Made by a program: the position numbers and the translations under genes | Shown here: in pieces, positions 13,676-27,900 of the stretch | How positions within the stretch are numbered: position 1 is the first letter of the stretch | Layout: every line of letters begins with the position of its first letter | From: Mobula hypostoma | Taxonomy: Eukaryota | Assembly (NCBI RefSeq): GCF_963921235.1 | Contig: NC_086108.1 | Coordinates: forward strand, 6,200,001 to 6,264,000 | Length of the DNA: 64,000 nucleotides | Reading direction: 5' to 3' | Notes under the pieces: model-generated | Databases searched by the model: none | The model's input: only the letters and a program-made list of their open reading frames with translations | Told to the model about the DNA's origin: nothing

Positions 13676-14170
13676 ATAGAAACATAGAAAATAGGTGCAG
13701 GAGTAGGCCATTCGGCCCTTTGAGCCTGCACCGCCATTTATTATGATCATGGCTGATCATCCAACTCAGAACCCCGCCCCAGCCTTCCCTCCATACCCCC
13801 TGACCCCCGTAGCCACAAGGGCCATATCTAACTCCCTCTTAAATATAGCCAATGAACTGGCCTCAACAGTTTCCTGTGGCAGAGAATTCCACAGATTCAC
13901 CACTCTCTGTGTGAAGAAGTTTTTCCGAATCTCGGTCCTAAAAGGCTTCCCCTCTATCCTCAAACTGTGACCCCTCGTTCTGGACTTCCCCAACATCGGG
14001 AACAATCTTCCTGCATCTAGCCTGTCCAATCCCTTTAGGATCTTATACGTTTCAATCAGATCCCCCCTCAATCTTCTAAATTCCAACGAGTACAAGCCCA
14101 ATTCATCCAGTCTTTCTTCATATGAAAGTCCTGCCATCCCAGGAATCAATCTGGTGAACCTTCTTTGTAC
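13676..14170 (-). mobile_element. Young CR1 LINE 3' fragment with 8-bp TSD
   Basis: [21 protein letters not shown]...[10 protein letters not shown]...FFTQRVVNLWNSLP; tccacttc at 13668-13675 and 14171-14178. Confidence 0.88.
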
Positions 14171-15189
14171 TCCACTTCTGCACATATTCTCCAGCTTCAA
14201 GTATGTCTTTTGCCTCAATGACCATAGCAGTCAGTGGATGAGCTAACACCCACACCTCATGAACCCTAACCTGTATGTCTTTGGTTTGTGGGAGGAAACC
14301 AGGGCACCTGGAGGAAACCCATGTGACTACAGGAAGAATGTCCAAACTCACTGCAGACAGCGGTGGGAAATGAAGCAGGTCACTGGTGCAGTAATAGCAT
14401 TATACTGTTGTGCTACATATTAATGATCCTGAGGATGTCAACCTCTGATTACTGGCCAGAGCCATTTCAACACTCAGTCTGGGAGTGCTGACTCAGGGAC
14501 ACTGTTGTGTGTGCTGCCTCACTGGTGCTGTCGCCTAGTGACCTGATGCCCTTCTGAGGAGCTGAGGGGGAAATGGATCGGCCATGTTGAAATGGTGGTG
14601 TAGACTTGATGGGCCAAATGGCCTAATTTTACTTCTCTATCTCATGGTCTGTTTCACCACCACATGCACCCAGGTTCCCAAACGTAGTCGCCTATCCTCT
14701 CTCCACTTCTGCACATATTCTCTGGCTTCAAGCACCCAGATATTCAGCCGAGCTCCAAACCAAATGGTCTTCTGAAGATGGGAGTCAAACCTCTTCAGTG
14801 TTAGAGCTGCACTCACTAGGTGTGTAACAAAGAATCCCACTCTTATCTGAAGTAATGACAACTTGACTTCCAGCTGCAGAGGATGCAGAGACATCAGAGG
14901 AGTTGAACCAAAGGTTAAAAAATGTGAATTATGCTTCCAGTAACAACATAGGGCTGCCTGTGGACTCCAGCTCCGGATTGTTTGGGGGGTTTGTTCACGA
15001 AGGCTTCCCCATGAGTGGGTATAGCTGCAGGGCAGCAGGGGTTTGAGGTCAAGTGTTTTTCTGCTCCCAGGTGAGTTGCCAACTACAGCTGATGAGCCCC
15101 ATCTGCCCGAAATTTTTGTATATTTTTGTTGGGTATACTTATAACTAATAATCACTGTTAAAAAGGCACTAGTTGTGGATAATAATAAG

Positions 15190-15660
15190 CATGAGAAATT
15201 CTGTAGATGCTCGAAATCCAAAGCAATACATACAAAATGCCGGAGGAAATCAACGGGTCACATAGCATTAATGGAAATGAATAAATAGCCATCATTTCAG
15301 AGTGTGGCCCTCCTTCAGGTCTGGAAAGGAAGAGGGAAGATGTCAGAATGTGAGGGGAGGGGTGGGGAAGGAGGGTAGCTCAAAGTTGATAGGGGGAGCC
15401 AGGTGGGTAGGAAGGAATCTGCTAAGAAAGGAGAGTGGACCATGGTAGAAAGGGAAGGAGGAGATGATAGACAGGTGAGAGGAGGTAAGAGGTGAGAGTG
15501 AGGAATAGAAGAAGAGGGGAAGGGGATTTTTTTAACAGAAGGGGATGCCATCAGGTTGGAGGCTACCCAGTCGGAATATAAGCTGTTGCTCCACCCTTGA
15601 GGATGGTCTCACCTTGACACGAGGTGGGCGTGGACTGACATGTTGGACTGCAGTGAGAAT
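15190..15660 (-). mobile_element. Old Penelope-like 3' fragment just downstream of the CYP2 stop codon
   Basis: gccatcaggttggaggctacccag endonuclease-tail motif plus pLTR; hammerhead core decayed. Confidence 0.7.
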
Positions 15661-15760
15661 GGGTAAATGGAAAATAACCAAATTTTGTGATGTTAAAGAT
15701 ATACAAGTAACTAAATAATTTTTAACATCGACTGCTAAAATTCAAGAGGCTCCAGGTGAT

Positions 15761-15942
15761 TTAGCGAGGGACAGCACAGAATTCATAGACATGGGGTGCA
15801 ACCAGAATTCCAGTTGAAGCTGGTGAGATGTCGATGTCCTTGCGATCGATGACGGGCTTGAAGACAAAGCTCTGCAGGAGACTGGTCAAAAAAATGAAGA
15901 GTTCCATGCGAGCCAAGGATTCTCCCAGGCACATTCTTTTCC
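15761..15942 (-). CDS. CYP2: CYP2 exon 9 coding part ([26 protein letters not shown]...YEFCAVPR*)
   Basis: Heme-binding Cys motif completed across the exon 8/9 junction; acceptor cag|GG; stop TAA at 15763-15761. Confidence 0.95.
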
Positions 15943-18900
15943 CTGCAAGAGTACAGAAATGTTCTTGAAGAAAAATTTGTAAAAGGTTAGTTACGGCACT
16001 CAGCACATAATTACTTAAAATATATTTAAGTATATTAATGCGAGGAGGGAGGAGAAGATGGCGGCGCGACGCAGCGCGCGCGGCCGTTCCGAATGATATC
16101 GTATGTGTTAACTAGGCCATGCACAATCCTGATTTGATGGAGATAGCCGTGAGAAGCACGGAGGAACACCTGGAGTAACTTCTGAAATACCTGCTTCACT
16201 GCCGCTGCTACTGTGCGATTGAGAATCTCCGGAGGGGAAGGGCCCAAATCCTCGGCTTTGCCTACTGCCTGTTGCTGGGGCTGGGGTCGAAGCGCTCGGC
16301 AGAGATAGTGCTGGGTGTTCGGTGTCAGAGAGCTGGTCGGAGGCTTGGAGTTTTTGGATGGACTCGGAGTCGGACTGTGGTCGGATGCTTCCAGGATGCC
16401 GCATCAGCAAGTTTGCGGCGCTGGAGGTTCACCGTCTGTGTGAGATGATGGGACCTTCGAGAGACTTTGAGATTTTTACCATGCCCATGATCTGTTCTTA
16501 TCAAATTACGGTATTGCTTTGCACTGTTGTAACTATATGTTATCATTATGTGGTTTTTGTTAGTTTTTAAGTTGGTTTGTCAAGTGTTTCTGTGATATTA
16601 TTCTGGAAAAACATTGTATCATTTCTTAATACATGCATTACTAAATGACAATAAAAGAGGACTGCGTGTCCTCATAATCTAATCTAATGTAAAGTATTTA
16701 TTCAGTTCATCAGCCATTTCCCTGTCCCCCATTACTACCTCTCCAGCATCATTTTCCACCAGTCTGATATCTACTCTCATCTGTCATATACACTTTATAT
16801 ATCTGAAGAAATTTTTGGTATCCTCTTTAATATTATTGGCTAGTTTACCTTCATATTCAATTTTCTTCTTTATGACATTTTAGTTGACTTCTGTTTGTTT
16901 TTAAAAGTTTCCCAATCCTGTAACTTCACAGTAATTTTTGTTTTATTATATGCCCTCTCTTTGGCTATTATGTTGGCTTTGGCTTCTCTTGTCAGCCATG
17001 GTTGAGTCATTCTGCCTTTAGAATACTTCTTCCTCTTTGGGACGTACATATTCTGTGCCTTCTGAGTTGCCCCAGAAATTCCAGCCATTAATGTTCTGCT
17101 GTCATCCCTGCCAGTGTTCTTTACAAGTCAATTTGGCCAGCCCCTCTCTCATGCCTCTGTAATTCCGTCTACTCCACTGTAATACGGGTACATATGGTTT
17201 TAGCTTCTCCTCAAATTGCAGGGTGAATTCTATCATATTATGATCACAGACTCCCATGGGTTCCTTTACCTTAATTTATCACCTGTTTTGTATTATTCTT
17301 TACAAACTGAATGTAAAACTTTTTGGATATTATAATCATTCTTCCCGAATGACTTTCTATTGATGTAAGAGATGCAAGTTGCTCGAATCTGGACTAAGAA
17401 ATAAACACTGCAGGAATTCCTTCAGCATTTTGTTTCTTCAGAATCAGGTTTAATGTCAGCGGCATATGTTGTGAAAATTGTCGTCTTTGCGGCAGCAGTA
17501 CAATAATAATAGAGAAAAATACATTAAATACAATAAGTGTTAAGTAGTGAAAAAGTAGTAAATTTAAAAATATTGTGGTTGTATTCGTGGGTTCACTGTC
17601 CATTGAAAAATCATATGGCAGAGGGGGAAAAGCTGTTCCTGAAACACTGAGGGTGTACCTTCAGGCTTCTATACCTCCTTCCTGATGTTAACAATGAGAA
17701 GAGGGCATGACCTGGGTGATGGGGTCCTTAATGATGGTCTCCACCTTTCTGAGGCGTTGCTCCTTGAAGATATCCTGGATACTATGGAGGCTAGTGACCA
17801 TGATGAAGCTGACTGAGTTTACAGCTCTCTGCAGCTTACTTCGATCCTGCACGGTAGCAACATCCCATACCAGATGATGATGCTGCCAGTTAGAATGCTC
17901 TCCACAGTAGAAACTGTAGAAATTTGAGAATAGTTTTGGTGCCAAACCAAATTTCCTTAAACTCCTATTGAAATATAACCGCTGTCTTGCCTTATGAGCT
18001 GCATCAATATGTTGGGTCCAGGTTAGGCCTATTTTTAAAATTCATACATACCTTATTTCTGGTTGTCCTCGAACTAAATAGCTTACTAGCTGTGTCAGTA
18101 TCACATTTAGGCCACACCAAGTTGCTGCACAAGATTTCCTTTCTCACACTAAAAAGGACATTTATTTGTTTATTTAGTAATACAGTGCAGTGTCAGCCTT
18201 CTGACCCTTCGAGCCACACCACCCCAGCAACCTGTGACAACCCTGATTAACCTTGCCCCAATTACAGGAATATTTAGAATTACCAATTAACCTACCTGGT
18301 ATAACTTTGGACAATGAGAGGAAACCAGAGCACCGGGGGGAAACTCGTGCATTCCACTGGGAGGACGTACAGAGGCTTCTCACAAAACGGAACCAGAATG
18401 GAACTCTGAACCTCAGAACACCCAGTCTGTAATGGTGATGTGCAAAATGCTACGCTACTGTGGAGCCCACCCAAATTCATCAACCAGTTCATTTTTTAGT
18501 CACTTCATAGCTGGCATTATTGAACTAACTCTTAAAATTCCACTTTATAGAATTACTAAAATTTAAATTCTGCTGCTTTCATGGTTGGATCCAAACTTAA
18601 ATTCCAAATCAATAACCTAGATCACTGGCTACTAACACAGTAATCAATAACCAATATATTTTGCCCTTGTCTCCTGGTTCCATCATCAGGGACCCCCACC
18701 ACCCAGATCATGCTCTCTTCTCGCTGCTGCCATCAGGAAGAAGATACAAGAGACGCTGGACTCATACCATAAGATTCAGGAACAGTTGTTATCCCTCAAC
18801 CATCAGGCTCTTGAACCAAAGGGGAAAACTTCACCTGCCCTGTCACTGAAGTATTGAAATGTTCCCACAACCAATGCATTCACTTTCAAGGACTCTTCAT

Positions 18901-21900
18901 CTCATGCTCTAAATATTTAATGCTTATTTATTTATTATTATTAAATTTAATTATTTTTGTATTTGCAGAGCTTCTTGTCTTCTGCACTGTAGTTCAACAT
19001 CCCAGTTAGGCAGTCTTTCATTGATTCTGTTATGGTTATAATTCTATAGATTTACTGTCTATGCCAGTAAGTGAATGAATTTCAGAGTTGTAAATGGTGA
19101 TATGTATATGCTTTGATCATAAAATTTACTTTGAACTTGTGATTCATCATGGAATACACCTTTGAGAAACTACAAACATATTTATGTGATGTTTCTTAAA
19201 TTAAATTGGAAAGCTCAGAAATCTTACACGCTGGGTGTATTCTAGAAATATGGAATATAGAAAATAATAATTTCAACAATATCCAGTGTTTAGATCTGAA
19301 TATGTATTGTAGATTAAATTTTAAATGCAGCACAGAACAATGGTCTTCCAGGAACTGTAGACTGGGGTTGATTTTAATCCAGGAAACACGATGTTGACCT
19401 GACATGCTTGTATATGGATGAATGCAACCGAGAGGCAATGGTGATTACTATTCAATCTATGGTGTCAGGAGTGTTGGTGTGAAGATTTAGCTGTTTAAAA
19501 GTAATATTTATTTATTGTTTGATTGAGATACTGCACGGAATAGACCCTTACGAGCTGTTTCACCCAGCAATCCCCAATTTAATCCCAGCCTAATCATGGG
19601 ACCATTTACAATGACCAATTAACCTACTAACCAGTAAGTCTTTGGACTGTGGGAGGAAACACACGCCATCATGGGCAGAATATACAAACTCCTTACAGAC
19701 AGCAGCGGGATTTGAATCCAAGCCACTGGTACTGGAAATCATTGTACTAACCACTACAGTACCATTCTGCCCTAAATGAAGCATTGTCAACCCAAAGTAT
19801 TGAAGTAAACAATGTTATTGTAAGTATCGAAACTCTATTGAGTTACTATTGATCTTAAGGGTATCAAACTGTGATGTACTTTGAGTTCAGAGGCCTATTC
19901 TTCTCAGAGTGTCTCCAGTATAATGACCTGCTGCTTGCTTTGAAGGGTAAAGACTTCTATAACCACCAGCTTCAATGTCTCTCTGGTAACTTCATTCACA
20001 GTCACAACACTGGGTAATCCTCACTGTGTGATTTGTGTGTGTGCTGAAGTGAACAATCTACTCCTGCTTCAGTATAAAGGGATCTCCTCACACACACTTT
20101 GATGTTTAGCTCTGTCTGCCTCCAGTTGGAGTAATGTGCCCAGAGTCAGCACCTCAGTTTAGGAAGGTCCACAGAAAGCAGCAAGTCTGTTGATTGCGAT
20201 CGTTTTGGGTTTCAGCAAAGAATTGTGACATATATATACACTTCGATAATAAAATTTACTTTGAACTTTGACTTATTCTGCGATCACCCTTTTCTTGGGT
20301 GGAGAGCAACAGCAGCCTGTTATGCCGTTGGCGTTTAGGATCACAATGAAGTTCCTCCACCTTTGATACTGTTCAGGGCTTCCTTCATCATGTCAGTAGC
20401 TCAGTTTTCACTACTGTCATGCAAGTCCCTGGTGAAGACTCAGGAATACTGACGCACTCAGATGTAGAAGGATTCTTCATTGCTATTTCTGTTTTAGAAC
20501 ATAGGAGCAGAATTAGGCTAATTGGCCCATCAAGTCCGCTCCACCATTCAATTGTCTATCAGTTTTCATTACCGGTCAGAGTTGTTAGCCCTGAGTTGAA
20601 CCCCGGAACCTGAAGGATTGGTGGACTGCTGTTAGTCTGGCCTCTGCCCTTTAACCTGTTTGACATGGGTGACCCTACCCAGAGGCAAAGCATAAAGCTC
20701 TTACTCCAGCCAATATAGATCTCCGGGTCATTGAGACATGCAAGCCTCCAAACGCTATGAGAAGGATGTGGTTCTCTTGCAGGTGGGCAGAGAGGACAGG
20801 CAATATAATAAATAAGTGTATATGTATACCTGCTGAGAATGCCATGAAATTTACACTCTTTTTGAAACATCCATTTTCATCAAGGAAATGGTTTGCGTTA
20901 AATGATTCTGGTGACTCCCATTGACTGTTGTCTTTCAGAGCAGAGGAAAGGACAGGGATCACAAGCATGCCCTAAACACAGAAACACGTTCAGACATGGT
21001 TATGATCAAAAATTATGTCAGATGCACAAAGCAGAAAGTATCTCAACACATTAAAAAAATGACTGATGACGTTATACGTCCCAGAAACGATGTACTGCAG
21101 TGGCTGATGTGGTATTGATCCTCGGAGCACAGAATGTAATATATTTGTGGTCTGAAACCTGATCTTGTTGGATTATTTATAATAATATTGTTGTTATAAT
21201 ATTAATGCAATAATATTATTATTGTTTAAAAATATTTTTTCTCAGCTCAAGCTGGTAACGCCTGACATACAGGCATGGACAAGCACACTCGTTTCTCAAT
21301 TGCTAGGAGATTTCGGACTATTCAGGTGGTGTTTAGTATTGTGGCTTTCTGGAGATTTACATGAATATTGCTGTGTAGGATTAATTGTTTAATGCTATTG
21401 TGTAGTGACTGGGATGATACCAGCTGTAGATACTACTATTGGGACAATGTATACTCTGTTCATGTTCCATTGTCTTTCAATTTCCTCTTTTAATTCACTG
21501 TTTTTCTGTATGTTGTGTGTGTTTAGAATCCATTAAGTTGTGTTTGTTTGTTTATCCTGTATCATTATATTAATATGTATAGAGCACATTTCATACAGGC
21601 GATGTAGCTCAGAGTACTTTACAATGGGTTAAAGTGGAGACCATAATACAGTTGAAGTCAGAAGTTTACATACACCTTAGCCAAATACATTTAAACTCAG
21701 TTTTTCACAATCCCTCACATTTAATCATAGAAAACATTCCCTGTCTTTGGTCTCAGAATACAAGGTTGTCCCTTTAGAACAGAGATGAGGAGGAATTTCT
21801 TTAACCAGAGGGCGGGGAATCCGGAATGCATCGCCACAGGTGGCTGTGGAGGCCAAGTCACTGGGTACATTTAAAGCGGAGGTCGACAGGTTGTTGATCA

Positions 21901-24900
21901 GTCAGGGTGTCAACGATTAAGGGGGCGGGGGGTGTGTGCGGAGTCAGGAGAATGTTTTTGAGAGGGATAATAAATCAGCCAAATGGCCTGACTCTGCTCT
22001 TTCAGTGAACTACATACTAATATTGCAAAGCCCTACCATTTACTGCATACCCCAATATACTGGAGATTATTCCACCTCCTGGAGTGTACGGGATGTCCAG
22101 GGAGGGGTAGCACCTCTAGTGAAGGGCTTTGTCGTGTCCATTCCGGGGCAGCTCCCTCATCTTTGCCCCCTACTGGACACTCTGCTCCCACCCGTGGCTC
22201 CAAGTAACTGACCTCATGTGAGAGCAGCCACACCCCGGTACACCACTTCAAAGGGCTGGCTAAAGCAGGCAAGGGTAGCCAGCAGCCTCATACCCTGGTG
22301 AGACAGAGACAGGCCTGTCCTAGTTTGCAAAATCAGCTCCAGCGGACTGGGCAGATAAGACCTACAGTGAGATCCAATGCCCATGAGGGTGATACTTTAA
22401 TGCTGCCTGAAGAATGAAGACATGACGAGGCACAGAAGATGTCATGGTCATCCACTGCAACCAAGGAAGACACCAGTTTGTGCTGTTTACTCATATCACT
22501 GAACCCGGACTTTTGAGGTTGATAGAATGGAACAGACCCAGTGCAACGGCTTCTCCACTTTAAAAACTCTCCCACACAGGTCTCCTGTCATCATCGGACA
22601 GGATGGACAACCACCACCATTCCTCCTCAGCAACAAGCAGGTTAAGGACACTGTACTTCTTAAAGTACAGAATAGCTGGCATGTGATTATTTAATTTTTG
22701 GTTTGATGTTATTACAAATAATACAAATAAAACATTCATTATATTGATCTTGACTCCGACCTTGGGTATCAAATATCCTCGGAAGTTCACATCACTTGTT
22801 GTCATGTGTGGAAAGCTCAGGGGAGTGATGTCGATGTATCGCTGGACCTCGTGGATGACCGCGTCAGTGTACGGCATCTTCGCCCGATCCTCAATTGCCG
22901 GTCTTCGATGAGATCCAATCACATCATCAATCTCATTGTGAATCTTCTCTGCGAGAGGAAGATAAGCAAATCCCAAGAGCGATTGTGTCTGGATTTCACC
23001 TCCTAGTAGGGTCACCCATGGCAGTAAGGTCAAGGGGGAGGTTCCAGACAAAGAGTGATCCAACCAAGACCTCAACGGTGGAGCTGGAGGAAGATGAATA
23101 CTCTGTATCCCATTATCTCATGCTCTCATTATTTATTGCTATTTATTTATATTTACATTTGCACAGTTTGTTGTCTTCTGCACTCTGGTTGATCTTTTGT
23201 TGATCCTGTTGTAGTTACTGTTCAGTAGATTTACTGAGTATGCCCACAAGAACATGAATCTCAGAGCTGTATACGGTGACATTTATGTACTCTGATAATA
23301 AAATCTACTTTGAACTTTGATTTTGACATTTTGACACTGTTGTGTAATTGATACACACCTCGCAATTTCTACAGGTGTACCATAGAAACCATTCTAACTG
23401 GTTGTATTGCCATCTGGTACGGGGTGTGGGCACTGCACAGGATTGAAGTAAGCTACAGAGTTGTAAACTCAGTCAGCTTCATCATGGGCACTAGTCTCCT
23501 TAGCATCTAAGATATCTTCAAACAGCGGTGCCTTAGAAAGGTGGCATCCATCATTAAGGACTCCTATTACCCAGACATGCCCTTTTCTCATTGCTACCAT
23601 CGGAGAGGAGGTACAGGAGCTTAAAGACACGCACTCAGTGATTCAGGAACAGCTTCTTCCCCTCTGCCATCTGATTTCTGAATGGACAGTGAACTCATGA
23701 ACACTACCTCTCTACTATTTTTGCACTACTTATTTAATATAGCTATTTAATATATATTTACTGTAATTCAGTTTTTTTCTATTATTATGTGTTGCATTGT
23801 ACTGCTACTGCAAAGTTAACAGATTTCACAACATATGCTGGTGATATTAAACCTGATTCTGAATTGAAGAGAAGCTCTTTTATGGTCGACTGAAGATTTC
23901 AACGGACTGAAGAGTCTGAACGATACATGTAGAGTTTGTTTGGTTGTATCTTTATTGATATTCTATATGGGCTTGTTGTCTTTTATGTGCGCGGACTGGG
24001 CCTCAAGCTGCAGTTTCACCTGGGGACGGGGTGGTTGCCTTGGGACCAGTGAACTCCTCCGGGGTGGTGTGGTGCAGTGTCCAGGCTGGAGCCGGCTCCC
24101 CCCACCGTGTTTGCTCACAGGAGACGGGCTTTATCGAAATCAACTGGAGACTGATGGAGTGAGTTTCTGATTCTTATATTGTGTGATCATGATACCATTT
24201 GTGCTTGCTATTTTGTGAGTGCTTTGTGCTGTGTGTGACCATTGGTACTGTGTTTTGGACCTTGACACTGGAATTGATTTGAATTGAATTAAAGCTTACC
24301 TTGAACTTCTGGATACTTTGTTAGGATTTGAAGAGCCCAGCGCAGTGTTGTACTAGTTGTTTCAGTCCCAGCCAGAAATAAGCTCTCTGTCGACACCAAC
24401 AAGTTTTCTTGAAAGAACTCGGAGTTAAGCTCATCTTTGTCCTGAATTAAGGCAAACAAAAATCCATGTTTTAAACAGAAGGGATTTTGCAGATGCTAGA
24501 AATGGTGAGCAGCGCACAGACACACACACACAAAATGCCGGAGGAACTCAGCAAGTCAGGCAGCATCTATGGGGGTTAATGAGCAGTTGACCGTGTTTCA
24601 ATCCGAGATCCTTAATCAAGGCTGAAAAGCAAGTCAAGTCGTCACTTTTTATTGTCATTTTGACCATAACTGCTGGTACAGTGCACAGTAAAAACCAGAC
24701 AATGTTTCTCAGGACCATGGTGCTACATGAAACAATACAAAAACTACACAACTACGTAAAGCAATGCAAAAACTACACTAGACCACAGACCTACCCAGGA
24801 CTGCATAAAGTGCACAAAACAGTGCAGGCATTACAATAAATAATAAACAAGATGATAGGCACAGTAGAGGGCAGTAGGTTGGTGTCAGTCCAGGCTCTGG

Positions 24901-27900
24901 GTATTTAGGAGTCTGATGGCTTGGGGGAAGAAACTGTTACGTAGTCTGGTCATGACAGCCCGAATGCTTCGGTGCCTTTTGCCAGATGGCAGGAGGGAGA
25001 AGAGTTTGTATGAGGGGTGCGTGGGGTCCTTCATGATGCTGTTTGCTTTACGGATGCAGCATGTGGTGTAAGTGTCTGTAATGGCGGGAAGAGAGACCCG
25101 ATGATCTTCTCGGCTGACTTCACTATCCGCTGCAGGGTCTTGCGATCCGAGATGGTGCAATTTCCAACCAGGCAGTGATGCAGCTGCTCAGGATGCTCTC
25201 AATACAATCTCTGTAGAATGTGGTGAGGATGGGGGGTGGGAGATGGACTTTCCTCAGCCTTCGCAGAAAGTAGAGACGCTGCTGGGCTTTCTTTGCTATG
25301 GAGCTGGTGTTGAGGGACCAGGTGAGATTCTCCACCAGGTGAACACCAAGCGGGGGGGAGGGAGGGGAAGGAGTACATTTTAACAGCCTTCAGACAATTT
25401 TCAACTTCAATTCATGCCTTTCTGTCTCCTTAATTTTTTTTATTTTATTAAGATTCAACGCAGAATCAGTCCTTCTGGTCCTTCACGCTGCGCCATCCAG
25501 CAATGCCTTATCACGGGACAATTTACAATGGCCTATGAACCTACCTACTAGAACACCTTTGACTGTGTGGGTCTCCTCTAGGTGCTCTGGTTTCCTCCCA
25601 CAGTCCATAGAGAGAGCATATAAATTCCTTACAGGTGGGAATTGAACCTGGGTCACCTGTAGTGTAGTGCTAACCACTATGCTAAGGTGCCACCCTAATG
25701 CTACCATAATCTATAATAGGCAAATGTTTGCAATGCCAGTCCCCAAAGAAACAGAAAATCATGGAAGCTTTTAGGAGGGTCTCAAAGGACTGTTGACACA
25801 AGATGCCAGATTCCCTTTCTACAGCCACTACCTGATCTGCTAAGAACTTGCGGCATTTCCATTTCTTAGTTTAGATTTCTAGCAGCTGCATAGTTTTCAT
25901 TGAAAAAGATAACCGTTTTTGGTGCAGCACAGTACTGCAGTGGACTGAACAATGCTTTAGAGTACAGGCGGCCAGGGTTCAATTCCAGCTGTTGCCTGGA
26001 AGGAATTTCTATATTCTCCCTGAGACGATGTTGGTTTCCTCTGGGTGCTCCAGCTTCCTCCGTCATCCCAAAGATTAATAGGTGAATTGGTCAATGTAAA
26101 TTGTCCCATGATTAAATTGGGGAATTGCTGGATGGTGCGGCTTGAGGGGCTGAAAGGGCCTACTCTCACTGTATATGAAATCAATCAATAAATAAATAAT
26201 TATGATCTCTGTGCAAAATTAACTGAGCAGAACATGGAATTAATGCAGGTAAATGGGATTAGTATAGACAGGCATGGTGGTCAACATAGATGTGGTGAGC
26301 TGAAGGATCTGTTTCTGTATTTTTCAACTCTGATCTAATTTACCAATTAAGAGAAGTCGGATGCCATGGTAGCGTAGCATAGTGGTTATTGTGATGCTGT
26401 TACAGCATTAACCAGAACCAGAGTTCGGAGTTCAATTCCAGTGCTGCCTGCAAGGAGTTTACGTTCTCCCCATGACCACGTGGGTTTCCTCCGGGTGCTC
26501 TGGTCTCCTCCCACAGTCCAAAGGTCAATTGGTCATTGAAAATCGTTCTCTGATTATGTTATGGTTCAGCAACATATGGGGATCAACCAAGTACAGTGTC
26601 CACACCTAGGTGAAGTTGTACCGGAGCTGCGTTGTGTCCACACTCTTTAAGGGGTCAGAATGCTGATGCATGACAGGGAGTGACTTTGTCATTCCACACC
26701 ATGAGCCGCTGGAAGATCCTTCGTATTTTCTGGCCAAGAAAGATCTCCAACCACACCCTACTCCTTCAGTCTCACCAAGAGGACACGGTCACCATCACCA
26801 TGAGGAAATGTTGGAAATGGGTTGGGCACGTGATGAGAAGATATGCCAATGCCATCATCAAGACAGCACTTCATCGGACGCCTGAGGGCAGAGGAAAGAC
26901 AATTTGTTGCCGTACTGTAGAGGCAGAAATGAGGATCCCGACCCACACATGGGACACAATAGAGAAGACGGCCGAGGACAGACAGAGATGGAGGACCTTC
27001 ATTGCTGCCCTAAGCACCAGCGGTGTAATGGGCAGTAAGTAACTAAACTGAATAAATAGACGGGCTGCTGGTTGGTGCAGCTCTTTGGGCCGGAAGGGCC
27101 TGTTTTGTGCCGTGTCTTTAAAATAAAATAAGAAGACAGAAATTATCTTCAGTATATTTGGTAGGACAGAGGGAAATGAATGAACGTGAGAAGAAACTTG
27201 CTGCCATTACCTCATCCATCTTCGTCAGGAAGCAGTCGATGTAATCCCTGGGGAAGTCTTTCTGGACAGTTTCTTTGTGGCTTTGAATAGTTTTGGCCAG
27301 AAAACTTTGCAAGTTTTTGATATTTTGGAACATCTTTTGGTGAGCTCCAGGCAGGAAATCCATGATCCTTGGGAAGATGTTGTACAACTGCAAAACAAAC
27401 ACACCATTTTCACTGACCTAGTGCTGGATACCTATGGCTCAGTTCAAAAAGTTCAAAGGATATTTATTACCGAAGTATGTATGCAGTATCGAACCCTGAG
27501 ATTCACTTTCCCACAGACAGCCACAAAACAAAGATAACTATGAAATACGTTCAAAGAGAAGCATCAAAACCCACCCCCAAGTGCAAAAAAAAGAGAACCA
27601 CACAAATGGCAGAAGAGCGAAAAATACAGAATACAAAACACAAAATCTGCAGAGTTCAGGCATATTCAGTTCAGCTCAGTTCAATCTAGTGCTGCATCAT
27701 TCGTTACCTGCAAGCCTCCCTCATCACAGACACTGAAAGTAGCAACCGAGAAAAACAAGGAGTGACATATACTGTGTACATACATCTATTGATGCTTCTG
27801 GACACATCTTCAGTGATGTTCCTGGAATCATTGGGTGTTTCGGGTCTTTCAACATCATACAACCCCCTCTAGGTGACCCAGCCGGGGCTGATCAGACCCC

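Noticed and set aside
15290..15325. Possible hammerhead in the CYP2 3' UTR region (sense orientation)
   Set aside because: The core is mutated (CTGAAGG) and stem I is lost. The 3' UTR extent is also unknown, as no clear poly(A) signal was found close to the stop.
22949..23075. N-terminal extensions of ORF-track entries overlapping CYP2 exons (e.g. 22560..23075, 15761..16006)
   Set aside because: Intronic read-through beyond canonical splice sites; only the exon portions match P450 sequence.
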